A stretch of DNA of 64,000 nt from Octopus vulgaris (taxonomy: Eukaryota): positions 29,822,001-29,886,000 of the forward strand of contig OX597826.1 of assembly GCA_951406725.2 (NCBI GenBank), given 5' to 3'. The notes beneath the pieces were generated by a model that did not search any database, was not told the DNA's origin, and saw only the letters and a program-made list of their open reading frames with translations. The position numbers were made by a program, and so were the translations under genes. Below, piece by piece: positions 29,380-42,189 of this stretch. Every line of letters starts with the position of its first letter. The first letter of the stretch is position 1.

Positions 29380-29660
29380 GTTGTCTTTTATTGGTTTGAG
29401 CGGGAGGCAGAGGCCATGCTGGAGCCCAGCTTTTACTGTAAATGGTTTTCTTTCAGGAATTGTTTCTGGTGGAAAAGTAGCGAGTTGGGTAGAGATGCTC
29501 TTCTTTCTGTTTGCTGCCGCGATGTAGGTTCAATGAGCATCTCAGATAAAATGTTGTCCAAACTTTCTTTGAAAACATGTTCATCTACACCACGCAGAAA
29601 CCCTAAGGTTGTTAGGCGGAATGTTGAACAGCTGTGGACCCTTGAGTCTTAGGCTCTTAC
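29380..29660 (-). pseudogene. CR1-like LINE 3' end
   Basis: SLRLKGPQLFNIPPNNLR / GVDEHVFKESLDNILSE...EPTSRQQ...NSLL, homologous to the C-terminus at 42275-42470. Confidence 0.7.
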
Positions 29661-29789
29661 AGTATAGGTTTTTTTTTTATTCAAGATGAAATCGGGATCT
29701 TTAGTATTATGTGGTGCAGTCCGGTTCGGTGGGAGCGGGAAGATTTGGGAGGCTCAGGGGAACAAAAGATATATACATTTGGAGAATGA

Positions 29790-29837
<48 letters not shown>

Positions 29838-29952
29838 GAAGAGAGAGAGAAAGTGGCCCTAGTAGAAAATACATATATAGGGGAGGGAAAGAAATACTCG
29901 AAGACAATCCAGTTAAATACATAGATGGAAGGAGACACACATACACACATGC

Positions 29953-30006
<54 letters not shown>

Positions 30007-30007
<1 letters not shown>

Positions 30008-30303
30008 TCACCGTGATCACCGTGACCGACCAGACTATCAGATGTTGCTACACATCGCTGGTCACAATGCGCTTTACATTGTTTTAGCATTCAAATGACG
30101 CCACCCCGCTGGCTAAGCGAGCAGGCCAACAGAAGAAAGAGTGAGAGAAAGTTGTACAACAGGGATTGCTACCAGCCCCTGCTGGAGCCTCGTGGAGCTT
30201 TTAGGTGTCTTCGCTCAATAAACACTCACAACGCCCGGTCTGGGAATCGAAACCGCAATCCCACCAGTCCGCTGCCCTAACCACTGAGCCATCGCACCTC
30301 CAC
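30007..30303 (-). mobile_element. tRNA-derived SINE (third family)
   Basis: Minus strand A box TGGCTCAGTGG and B-box-like GTTTCGATTCCC. Confidence 0.75.
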
Positions 30304-30339
30304 GTATGTATATATATATATTCTTTGGGGTTTGGATGA

Positions 30340-30838
30340 TTCACCCCAGTCCCACTTTGATGGCATGCACTGCTCTCTCACTCAACAACAACAACAACAA
30401 TAATAATAATCTTTGTGCCCTTTCAGTTTTAATATATGTATTGCCGAGCATTTTTGGGCATGTCCTTTGGTGGCTGATGATATGTGCATCTCTGATCACG
30501 AGCAGAAGTAGTGGGAGAGCATCACAGCCATGTATTGAGAGGAATTGGGCAGGGGTGGGGGTTGAATAATTCACCTCCGGAAATATGGGGGTTTCGTTCA
30601 ACATTCTTAAACAGTCCTTATTCAGCGACCTTCTGAGCGGGATGGGCTACTCGACCTGAAGAAAACTCTAAGTGGGCCCCCACCTGCAAGGTCATGCACT
30701 GTTAATATTGATATAAGATCATCACGTCGCACACATATGATTGTGATGTATGTGCCTGATGTACATTGGGCGTCGTATATTTGTGTACCCCAGTGTCACT
30801 TTGATGGCATGCGCTGCTCTCTCACTCAATAATAATAA
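30340..30838 (+). mobile_element. Retroposed repeat with duplicated 3' end and (TAA)n tail
   Basis: ACCCCAGT..CACTTTGATGGCATGC.CTGCTCTCTCACTCAA occurs at about 30343 and about 30787, each followed by a (CAA/TAA)n run. Confidence 0.55.
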
Positions 30839-31038
30839 ACAAAAATAATAATCGTTTATATTATAGGTACAAAGCCAGAAATATTAGGGCAAGGGGCTAA
30901 CTGATCACATGACCCCTGTGGTCAACGGATACTTATTAATCAATACCGAAAAATGATGAAAGCAGAGTCAGCCTCTGTGAAATTTGAATTCAGAACGGGT
31001 AAGTCGGAATAAATGCGGCTAAAGCATTTTGTTCGACG

Positions 31039-31126
31039 TTCTTCTTCTTTTTCTTCTTCTTCTTCTTCTTCTTCTTCTTCTTGACAACGACGATGACGAC
31101 AACGAAGGTGGTTGGAGACGAAGACA

Positions 31127-31160
<34 letters not shown>

Positions 31161-31526
31161 GGGTGATGATGATGATGATGAAGAAGAAGAAGAAGAAGAA
31201 GAAGAAGAAGAAGAAGAAGAAGAAGATGTTGGTGATGACGACAGCGTTGATGAAAAGATATTGCGCAATAACCACCAACGCAATCACCGCCACTGTTACC
31301 AACGCCACTAGTCGCACCATTACCACCACCGTTATAGTAACAACAATAACAACAACAACAACAACAACAATAAGGAACGTAAGACGAAAATAAAATGGAA
31401 ACAGTATTCAATACAAACCGAATAGTTATAATTGTAATTTCAATGTTTAAGTTTGAAAGACATATTTACTATTGAAGTGGAAAACCTGCAGTAAATCGAG
31501 TGAATATTGAATAACAACAACAAAAA

Positions 31527-31557
<31 letters not shown>

Positions 31558-31578
31558 TGCAGCAGTAGTAGTAGTAGC

Positions 31579-31634
<56 letters not shown>

Positions 31635-31694
31635 TAGGCATGATGGCGATGATGGTGATGATGAAGATGATATTATTATAATTATTATTGTTTA

Positions 31695-31763
<69 letters not shown>

Positions 31764-31973
31764 GTAGTAGTAGTAGTAGTAGTAGTAGTAAAACATGCCA
31801 AGCATAAATTAGAACGAACGACATCCTTAATACCGTTATGAACTGCTGGAGATTCTTACGTAACAGCTAGAAAAACAGAGACGTTGATTAAGGAATCGAT
31901 TAAAATCATTTTTTATTTTTATATCGAACAAACACCTTGCACGTTAATTTCTGCTACTGTATGCGTGTGTGTA

Positions 31974-32029
<56 letters not shown>

Positions 32030-32224
32030 TGAGTGCGGGTGTGTGTTACGGCGAATATTTAAGAGCTAAGATTTTTGTGACTGCAATGATGATGATGATG
32101 AAGATGATGATGATGGTGGTGGTGGTTGTAAGAATAATTGTTTCTAGATCACGATCATCATCACAACGTCGACGATCACCACCACCACCACCACCACCAC
32201 CACCACCACCACCACCACTACCAT

Positions 32225-32298
<74 letters not shown>

Positions 32299-32331
32299 AA
32301 ACTACTACTACTACTACTACTGCTGCTGCTG

Positions 32332-32383
<52 letters not shown>

Positions 32384-32390
32384 CGCCACC
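31039..32390. repeat. Compound trinucleotide microsatellite block
   Basis: TTC, GAT, GAA, CAA, TAG, TAA, TTA, CCA and CTA runs. A similar block lies at 47900-48400. Confidence 0.9.
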
Positions 32391-32631
32391 CATCCTTAAT
32401 TATTCAACATTACATATGTAAATTTTATTAATTTGCTCCTACACACGTACTGTCAATCACTCAGCGAGAGCAGCAGGACAATCTGTGCGCCGACTAGAAT
32501 AACCACTGTAAAATAACGTGATACACCCTATGAACTTTTGGAATTAAATCTGGTTGCATGTAGAATAGCCACCAGTTAGATATAAACGATTCCACCGTCA
32601 GTTTTAAATTGATCCAAATTCAAATCGTCTA

Positions 32632-33372
32632 ATTCTTTTCTACTCTAGGCAAAAGGCCCGAAATTTTGAGGGAAGGGGCCAGTCGAGTAGATCGATCCTA
32701 GAACGTAATCAACCCCGAAAGGATGAAAGGCAAAGTCGACCTCGGCGGGATTTGAACTCAGAACGTAAAGACAGACGACATACCGCTAAGCATTTCGCAC
32801 GACGTGCTAACGTTTCTGATTTCTTTATTGCCCACAAGAGGGGACATAACAAGGACAGACAAAGGGTACTTAATTTATCGACCCCGAAAGGATGAAAGGC
32901 AAAGTTGACCTCGGCGGAATTTGAACTCAGAACGTAAAGACAGACGACATACCGCTAAGCATTTCGCACGACGTGCTAACGTTTCTGATTTCTTTATTGC
33001 TCACAAGAGGGGACATAACAAGGACAGACAAAGGGTACTTATTTCATCGACCTCGAAAGGATGAAAGGCAAAGTCGACCTCGGCGGAATTTGAACTCAGA
33101 GCGTAGCGCAGATGACATACCTTTTTCTTTATTACCCACAAGGGGCTAAACATGGAGGGGACAAACAAGGGGCTAAACATAGAGGGGACAAAAGACATAG
33201 GTATTAAATCGATTACATCGACCCCATGGCGTAACTGGTACTTAATTTATCGACCCCGAAAGGATGAAAGGCAAAGTCGACCTTGGCGGAATTTGAACTC
33301 AAAACGTAACGGCAGACGAAATACTGCTAAGCATTTCGCACAACGTGCTAACGTTTTTGTCAGATCACCGCC
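32632..33372 (-). mobile_element. Tandem array of four SINE family A units
   Basis: CCCCGAAAGGATGAAAGGCAAAGTCGACCTCGGCGG recurs at about 32712, 32881, 33050 and 33253. Confidence 0.9.
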
Positions 33373-33776
33373 CTATCTTCGTTTAATTTTGTCTACGATT
33401 CTTTCGGCTTCTTACCGAATCATGCAAACACGTGTAGCTGGGCTGTACTACGAAGAACAGACGTTCGCTCCGCGCTAGCAACTTCTAACTTTATATGTAG
33501 CTGAGTTATGAACCGATAATTATCAATCATGTTGGCTACAGTTCTGTAGTATATTGTTGTTCTCTAATAGTAATATTAATGAATCATAATTTGCCACAAG
33601 GTCACCAAATTTGAAAGAAAGTCTCATCAATTAAATCAAATCTTGAATAATGTTATTTTGCGCGAAAAATTAATAGCGAAGTCGACCCTGCTAGGTTTTA
33701 ACTCACATTTTACATACATATACATATATACATACATACATACATACATACATACATACATACATACATACATACA

Positions 33777-33807
<31 letters not shown>

Positions 33808-34061
33808 TCATATATACATATATCCATATACATATGTACATATTCATATATACATACACGTATATATTCACACATATAAATTTTTATATACTTATAGTTA
33901 CTTATGTATGAAGGGATATTTATAAATATATATGTATGTGTGTATATATAAATATGTGTCCGAGTGTGTGTGTGTGTATAAACAGATAATCTATTGACAC
34001 GTATATATGTGTATATGCAGTTACATACAGATTATAAAGATACATTCATATACATACATAC

Positions 34062-34176
<115 letters not shown>

Positions 34177-34223
34177 GAAATATAAATATATATATATATA
34201 CATATACAAATATAAATATATGC

Positions 34224-34278
<55 letters not shown>

Positions 34279-35630
34279 AATATGAATATATGTATATATA
34301 TAAATCTTCAAACACCTACACGCACACACACACACACGCACACATACACACACAGTGAAACAGGAAGAGACAAGTAGACAGATATAGAGTGATATGGAGA
34401 GACAGACGAACTATGACATTCTGTCATAAATACAAAACGAGAGACAAAAATGACGTGTCTGGCCATTGAGAAACAAACGAAACAATTCCAGCAGAACTTT
34501 ATTTGCGATGTCATATTTATCGTATCTTTTTGCTTCTGCTCCATTACAGATATGAAAGACAGACGTTGACAACTAAAAACCGACTGGAGATTTACATATT
34601 CATATATGACATTTCGCCATATATCTCAATAGTCTTTATCGCTCTCAACAAAAAATAAAATAATAAAAATGAAAAAATAAATATATAAAAATAAAATAAA
34701 AAAACAAGTGATGATACGAGATTTATTGTTAAGTTACTTTGAAAAAATCTCGAAGACATCGTAGCAACAACAGTTATCACAACGATACAGCGATGTGTCG
34801 TAGTCTTACTAATTCTTTGTTTTATTTTCTTGTCACCTTTTTACAGATTTTGAAGAATACAAAGCGAAGACGCGTATAGATTAGCTATAAGTATTAATGA
34901 AACGAATCTAGAAATGCTACGTTGGTTCGAAGTTACTGTCTTTGGAAAAAATCATATGAGAAATCTCAAAGGTTGATTTGAGTTGACTGAGGCATTCCGA
35001 CATTTTACGCTGACGAGATTGGAAGTTCATTTGTATATTATAATGATAATAGGCAATGTGTATGTATGTATGTATGTATGCATGTATGTATGTATGTATG
35101 TATGTATGTATGTATGTATGTATGTACGTATGTATGTATGTATGTATGTATGCATGTATGCATGTATGCATGTATGTATGTGTGTGCATGTATGTGTGTG
35201 CACGTAAGCATGTGTATATATATGAATGTGTATCAGCATTTATGCATGCATATATGTATGTATGTATTTTTGTAAGTATGTATGAATGAATATATGCATT
35301 TGTGTATGTTATGTAGGAACTTTGGTATTTATTTATGCGAACATATACGCATAGACTATAGACTAATACATCTTATATATATACATGTGTGCGTGCGTGT
35401 GTGTGTATATATAAGTATGTGTACAAGTTTGTGTGTATGTGTGTGTGTATGTATGTAGATATATAAGAAACAAAAGTAATGGGTTATATGCATATATCTA
35501 TACATTAAAGGCCAACAGATGTTTCAGATCGTACTTGCGTGTACTGATGGTTCAATCTTATCAATCGATCGATTGATCAAGAGAAAATATTGGGAACCGA
35601 GCCCTAAGTTATCTTCTTCAGAGCTAAAAC

Positions 35631-35707
<77 letters not shown>

Positions 35708-35825
35708 AATCAAGGAACGGCCATAATAGGCCATTCACCCACTAGAAATAACAGCCAAAAGCTTCAACCGCAAAATAACATCAATTCCGTAAACCAGGAG
35801 AAAATTAAAAAACATTTACCCTGTA

Positions 35826-35932
35826 ATTTCTTATACGATGCACCGTTTCATCTACTGTTTAATGGTAAACTAACCTGATTAAATTAAATCAAGCCAATCT
35901 ACCATAGGCCCTTAGATTCATCAGTAAGAAAT
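35826..35932 (-). ncRNA. Type I hammerhead ribozyme, copy 1
   Basis: atttctta-CTGATGA-atcta[long hairpin]tagat-GAAA-cggtgcatc-GTA-taagaaat. Stem I is 8 bp perfect and the core is canonical. Confidence 0.9.
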
Positions 35933-36315
35933 AGCCAAGTCGGAACAGATATTTTTCACGAGGCATTCTCATCCCTGCCTCGGCAATATCTGACCTAAAA
36001 TTTTCAAATCATCGCACTCGCGCCAAATTTATCGGCAGCAAATAAATATAAGCCGCCGATTCCATTACGGAACTAACCAGAAAATTCATAATTAATCAAT
36101 ATAGGGTGGCAAAAGAATTTTGTAGAATCTTATTGCCACCAGCGGCCTAGTGGGAAAAAATTAAATAGTCATAAACCATTTTTAAGTTCAACATCACAAT
36201 CAAGGAACGGCCATAATAGGCCATTCACCCACTAGAAATAACAGCCAAAAGCTTCAACCGCAAAATAACATCAATTCCGTAAACCAGGAGAAAATTAAAA
36301 AACATTTACCCTGTA

Positions 36316-36422
36316 ATTTCTTATACGATGCACCGTTTCATCTACTGTTTAATGGTAAACTAACCTGATTAAATTAAATCAAGCCAATCTACCATAGGCC
36401 CTTAGATTCATCAGTAAGAAAT
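36316..36422 (-). ncRNA. Type I hammerhead ribozyme, copy 2
   Basis: Identical to copy 1, offset by 490. Confidence 0.9.
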
Positions 36423-36475
36423 AGCCAAGTCGGAACAGATATTTTTCACGAGGCATTCTCATCCCTGCCTCGGGA

Positions 36476-36517
<42 letters not shown>

Positions 36518-37008
36518 ATATATATGAACATAATGCTTAACAAGTCACGTCGCAATCACAAGAGATCAAGTTTGATCCCAATGCACAGAATCTTGGGCCA
36601 ATGATATTTTTTATGGTCCCGGCTGAACCCATACCTTTTGAGGGAAATTGGTTCGATGGAAAGTATATGTAAGACTATATTGTACGGTTTTACCTATAAT
36701 GCAAAGGATCTGCGTTGTCTCGTTACTGGTGTTATAAATCTAATCGTTACTCAGCTACTTACACACGAATTCGATGAGTTTCGAATTTAATTCATCGGAA
36801 CAACCGAAATCTTATGATCACCAGAGCAAAACAATTCATTTCTGAAAAAATTGTATCATACTGAGACAGAACGGGAAACCAGTGTTATGAGTCTATCGCC
36901 CGGGAAGGACCTCTGACTTCTATTTTTGATATATACGAGTATATAAAGGAAAAATTGAAAATGGAGACAAACGCTCAAGATGTTATTAAACCATTTATAT
37001 CTTCATAA

Positions 37009-37083
37009 CTTCGACATATGTTTCGATGGATGCATTCAAAATAATCCGAGAGGATGTATAATGTGGAGCAATTATCAGGGAGG
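37009..37083 (-). ncRNA. Degenerate hammerhead-like motif
   Basis: CTGATAA...GAAA-catat-GTC-gaag with palindromic stem III ACATATGT. G8 is mutated. Resembles 45837-45923. Confidence 0.4.
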
Positions 37084-37151
37084 ATATAAACAACAGTGCT
37101 CAACAATTAGACATTTTAATAGATGTAAGAAACTTCAATATATGTGATGTG

Positions 37152-37203
<52 letters not shown>

Positions 37204-37347
37204 CACACATCCATTTTCAATTTTTTCTATGTTCTCTAAAATACGACTCGCTCCTTCCCGGAATTAACTCCTACGTAAGTGTGATCACTGATTTCTAGGA
37301 CACTTATGTGACATCTGGCTACCTTGTAATTATTCTCCTAGATTTTT

Positions 37348-37442
<95 letters not shown>

Positions 37443-37545
37443 GTGGCTGTGTGGCAAGAAGTTGCTTCTCAACCACATGGTTCCTCGGGCCGACCAAAGC
37501 CTTGTGAGGGGAAATTTGGTAGACGGAAACTGAAAGAAGCCCGTC

Positions 37546-37605
<60 letters not shown>

Positions 37606-38446
37606 TGTGTCTGTGTTTGTCCCCCCAACATCGCTTGATGCTGGTGTGTTTACGTCCCTGTAACTTAGTGGTTCGGCATAAGAGACCGATAGAGTAAGTA
37701 CTAGGCTTACAAAGAATAAGTCCTGGGATCGATTTCTTCGACTAAAGGCGGTGCTCCAGCATGGCCACAGTCAAATCACTGAATCAAATAAAAGAGTAAA
37801 AGAATACCAATAGATGAATACATAGGCGCAGGGATGGCTGTGTGGTAAGGGCCTTGTTTCCCAACCACATGATTCCGAGTTCAGTCCCACTCCGTGGCAC
37901 TTTGGGCAAGTGTATTCTGCTATAGCTTCGGGCTGACCATAACCTTGAGGTTGTATATATGTATAAGTGTAGCTGTATTGGAGTGTATATATATATGTTT
38001 ATGTAGGTACATAAGGGTAGTTGTGTATGCGTATGTATATGTATATATGTAAGACCGTGTGCAAGTGTGTATATATGCATATGAGTGTGTGTATGTGTAT
38101 GTATATATATACATGGATATGGGTATTGGACTCGATGTTCGCACTTGGGGCATTTCGTTTATATTGATATTCCTTTGATTCGAAGTGTGTACAGACTTTA
38201 TTTTTATATTTCTATATAGAGTTGGCTTCGTTTTTCGTTTTGTTTATATGCATCGATACGTATATATATATGCGAGTGAATGATTAATGTGGTATATATG
38301 AAGATATAGCATATTTATCTCATTTAAAATATATAAATGTTTTTGTATATGTGTATGTATAAGTATTTATATGTACATATGTATATCGTTTGATATATAT
38401 ATGCGTTGGTCTATATATATATATATATATATATCTATATCTATCT

Positions 38447-38520
<74 letters not shown>

Positions 38521-38616
38521 GAGATAGGGGTTGAATATTCAACCCACCATGGGTATTTTTATTTTTATATTTATATGTATATGGAAAAATAATTTTTTCA
38601 CAATTATAACAAATTT

Positions 38617-38732
38617 AATTCTCTGAAGAGGCCGTGGGGCATCCTTGTTAATGCCTCATTTATACCTGCCTTTATGGCTTATAGGTTAAATGAGGTATGA
38701 CTGCCCTTGCTGCCGAAACAGCTGTCAGATTT
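38617..38732 (+). ncRNA. Type I hammerhead ribozyme with greatly extended stem II
   Basis: aattct-CTGAAGA-ggc[79-nt hairpin]gcc-GAAA-cagct-GTC-agattt, inside a roughly 400-nt element (38517-38917) flanked by (TA)n. Confidence 0.8.
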
Positions 38733-38988
38733 GATTTAATTACATATTATAGTTGAAATGTTATACTTATATCTCTTTGTCTATTTACCTTTACTGTATA
38801 TTTTGTATAATGCCTTTACTGATATGTAATGGTGTAATAAAGTATTGATTGGGTATCATCTGATAGTTGATGTTTTATTGATTTAAGTATGTTTCTCAAT
38901 TTTCTAATTTTGTAGTTATATATATATATATATATATATATAGGCATTGATGCATTTATGTATAAGTGTGTATATGAATGCATTAAAA

Positions 38989-39057
<69 letters not shown>

Positions 39058-39295
39058 AGTGTGTGTGTATATATATTTGTATATGTATATTTGTAAGCAT
39101 GAGGGTTGGATGGAAACTAAAACATTAAATTATTTTATATTGTATATATATAAGTTATTTTTCCACGTCTGTATTGAGTGGTTTTGTTTTTCAGCTTGTG
39201 TGTATATAAAGTATATATAAATATGTGTATACATAAACGTCTGTGAAGTAAAGATTGTTTGCCAATATAACCTGGCAGGCCTTGTTTAGCACTAA

Positions 39296-39455
39296 TGTTG
39301 CTGTAATTTAGCCCCAGGAGACATCGTCTCCAGTTAGCTATACGACACGATCTGTGTCCTTATGTTTTCGAACAAGGGAATCTAGCACCCCCATTCAGCT
39401 GAAAACAATATCTGTGTATCACGATATCCGTGTTATTTCCCTTCATCAGCACAGA
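39296..39455 (-). mobile_element. Inverted PLE pseudo-LTR with decayed HHR
   Basis: Minus strand tctgtg-CTGATGA-agggaaataacacg-GATA-tcgtga-TA-cacaga, followed by sequence homologous to 59073-59190. Confidence 0.65.
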
Positions 39456-39669
39456 ATAATTGTTCGGCTGGAGGTGGCGCTGCAAAATTCCCGTTCGAAA
39501 TATATAGCTTTCAAAGAGACAACTAGTCACTGATCCTTTTTCTAATAAACGTCTGTATTGTGCAAATAAATCGGTTATAGAATAGAATAGTTATAGATTT
39601 AAATTTATGAGTTTACAAACTTTCAGTGAGATTATTTATTAATTTATGATTAAGCTCGCTCTTACACAG

Positions 39670-40475
39670 TGTCTTCGTAAAGATTTAGGAATAAAAATAG
39701 CTTAATTTGATATTAGACTTCATTGGAGACATATAGAGAAACTCCATCAAAAACTAGCTCGTCTTTCAAACCATCTAACTTTCCGGTGTAGATGTAGAGA
39801 CTCAAAGCTAATACCACCTGGCTTGAATATAACGACACCAGTCGATTCGCATAAAGCTAGAAGAGTAGCGGAAAGGACAAGACATGCCCTCGTCCGTGAG
39901 AGGATCCATTGCAACCGTTGGAAAAAAACATCAACTAAATAACGAAATCAAAGAGAGGTTATCATTACTTGGAGAATAACCAGAGATGATGGTAGAAAGG
40001 GAACCCAACAAGATCTAGAAAAGTTGTACATGAAAGAATTTGAAATGGTGAAGACACGCCAGATTAAGAAGTTTATGAAACTCAAAGGTCAGAGAGTGAA
40101 GACTGAAGTCCGTCACCCACCTGTGAAAGCAGTAATTAATATAAGTTTAGTACTGATTCTGAAGAAGCAGTACTAAACAAAGGTCTCAACTTTGCGACAA
40201 CCATCAGGCGCATTCCATACTTGGACTAAATAGCTCCTATTGAAGAGATAGCCATAAAGATACCAAAAGCTCGGAGATGAACTAAGGTGGAAAGTGAGAC
40301 AAGTACAAGAAAAAGCGAAACTTCCCAAACCAAACATCACTAAAGAAGAAACGTTCGCTATTAAAAGACTAAAGAGTGACAATTCCATCATAATACTTCC
40401 AGCAGACAAGGGAAATGCTACAGTGGTGATGAACAAGTCTGACTATTCGGAAAAACTGGCAAGTCTTATAAGTGT
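39670..40475 (+). pseudogene. Penelope-like element ORF, N-terminal part (decayed)
   Basis: EEAVLNKGLNFATT...KPNITKEETFAIKRLKSDNSIIILPADKGNATVVMNKSDY, the PLE DKG motif region. Contains stops and frameshifts. Confidence 0.88.
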
Positions 40476-41132
40476 AGAAACAGTACTGTTCTGTTTTCAG
40501 CAATCCTGATATGGCCGATATGGACTGTATCAGTGATGTTAATCCTCAACACACTATATGGGACATAACGTTTGGCGCCCGTGATGTCTTGGCGGCAATG
40601 AACGAAATTTAACACAATTCAGCAGTAGGCTCTGAAAGGTTCCCTGCTTGTGTCCTGAAGGTGTGTCGACACCAACTTGCATTTCCTCTTGCTGATCTGT
40701 GGAGTAACTCACCGGATGCTGGCTATATTCTTAAAAACTTTCTGTTGCCGTCTGTTCTCCCTGTTTTCTAAAAGGGAAATAAGTCACTTGCAGTAAACAA
40801 CCGTCCGATCTCACTCAGCTCTCAAATCATCAAGGTATTTGAGAGGGTCGTGAGGTCACGGATAACCCAATTTCGTGACAGCAACAGACTGCTGAACCCC
40901 AACCAATATTAGACTAGAAACAGACCCCCAAATGTTCAAGAGGTATTTGGAAAAATTCCTTCAAAAAATCCCGGATAAACATTCTACATCCGGATATATC
41001 TTCATGAACAATAACTCTCTCCTCGAGTGGGCCATGTTGTCCGATTCTTGATTTGAATAACTTTGCTAGGTGGTGCCATTAAGTAAAACATGGCCTGGAC
41101 CAATACTAGCCGAAACCTGTCCAAGTATCAAA
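40476..41132 (+). pseudogene. CR1-like LINE fragment with internal deletion
   Basis: QYCSVFS...PVF*KGNKSLAVNNRPISLSSQIIKVFERVV...LLNPNQY joined directly to the ORF2 end (NNSLLEWAM) and a 3' UTR like that at 42200-42410. Confidence 0.85.
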
Positions 41133-41133
41133 G

Positions 41134-41193
<60 letters not shown>

Positions 41194-41211
41194 CATATAT
41201 ATATCTATATG

Positions 41212-41272
<61 letters not shown>

Positions 41273-41859
41273 ATGTGTATATATGTATATAAATGTATGT
41301 ATATATATATATATATGTATATATATCTTTATATGCATATTTATATATACATACATATTTATGAATATACATATATATATATACACATACACACATACAC
41401 ATACATACATACACACACATCACAGGTACATGCACACACACACACACACACACACTCACAATCGCAAATGTACACGCACACATAACAAACGCACATGAAA
41501 GTGTGCGTTCGTCTGCGAGAATTTGCACATTTCTGCGTTAACAAGAACATATCCCGAACTATGTCCATATGTTCATGTTCGCTTGGGTATACGTGTATAT
41601 GTGACAATGACTGGATTCATGGGTGTTTGCACTCGTGCTTAATATGTCCATAAAACAATATGAATAAAAGCATGTGGATCAAGCGTAAAGCTGTTAATTT
41701 TTTTTCATTATTTTGCATCAATTAAAAGAAAACCAATCGTTTTTGTCGTTGTTTCTTCCATACATTTCAATAGACATCGTCGTATGTGATTCAATTCATT
41801 TTGTGTAGAGAAGCATGAAATATTTCAATTTTCCTATTAGAGCGATATCTATGACCACA

Positions 41860-41902
<43 letters not shown>

Positions 41903-41981
41903 TGCACACTCACACGCACACACACACACATATATATATATACGTAGATACCTATATATATATATATACATGTATATATAG

Positions 41982-42014
<33 letters not shown>

Positions 42015-42189
42015 CATACCTATATATATATATGTATATATACATATGCATAAATGTATACATATATATATAAGTATATATACATATATATATACATACG
42101 TATATATGCATATATATATATGCATACATATATATATGTATATATATATGTATACACATATATATATATACATATGGATATATATAACT

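Larger units (their letters stand above)
35703..36473 (-). mobile_element. Retrozyme/PLE pseudo-LTR-like element: 281-bp direct repeats, period 490
   Basis: 35703-35983 and 36193-36473 appear identical. (TA)n lies on both sides, and each repeat holds an intact HHR. Confidence 0.85.

Noticed and set aside
32632-33372. CRISPR-like array
   Set aside because: Units are about 170-nt SINE copies without unique spacers; eukaryotic context and no cas genes.
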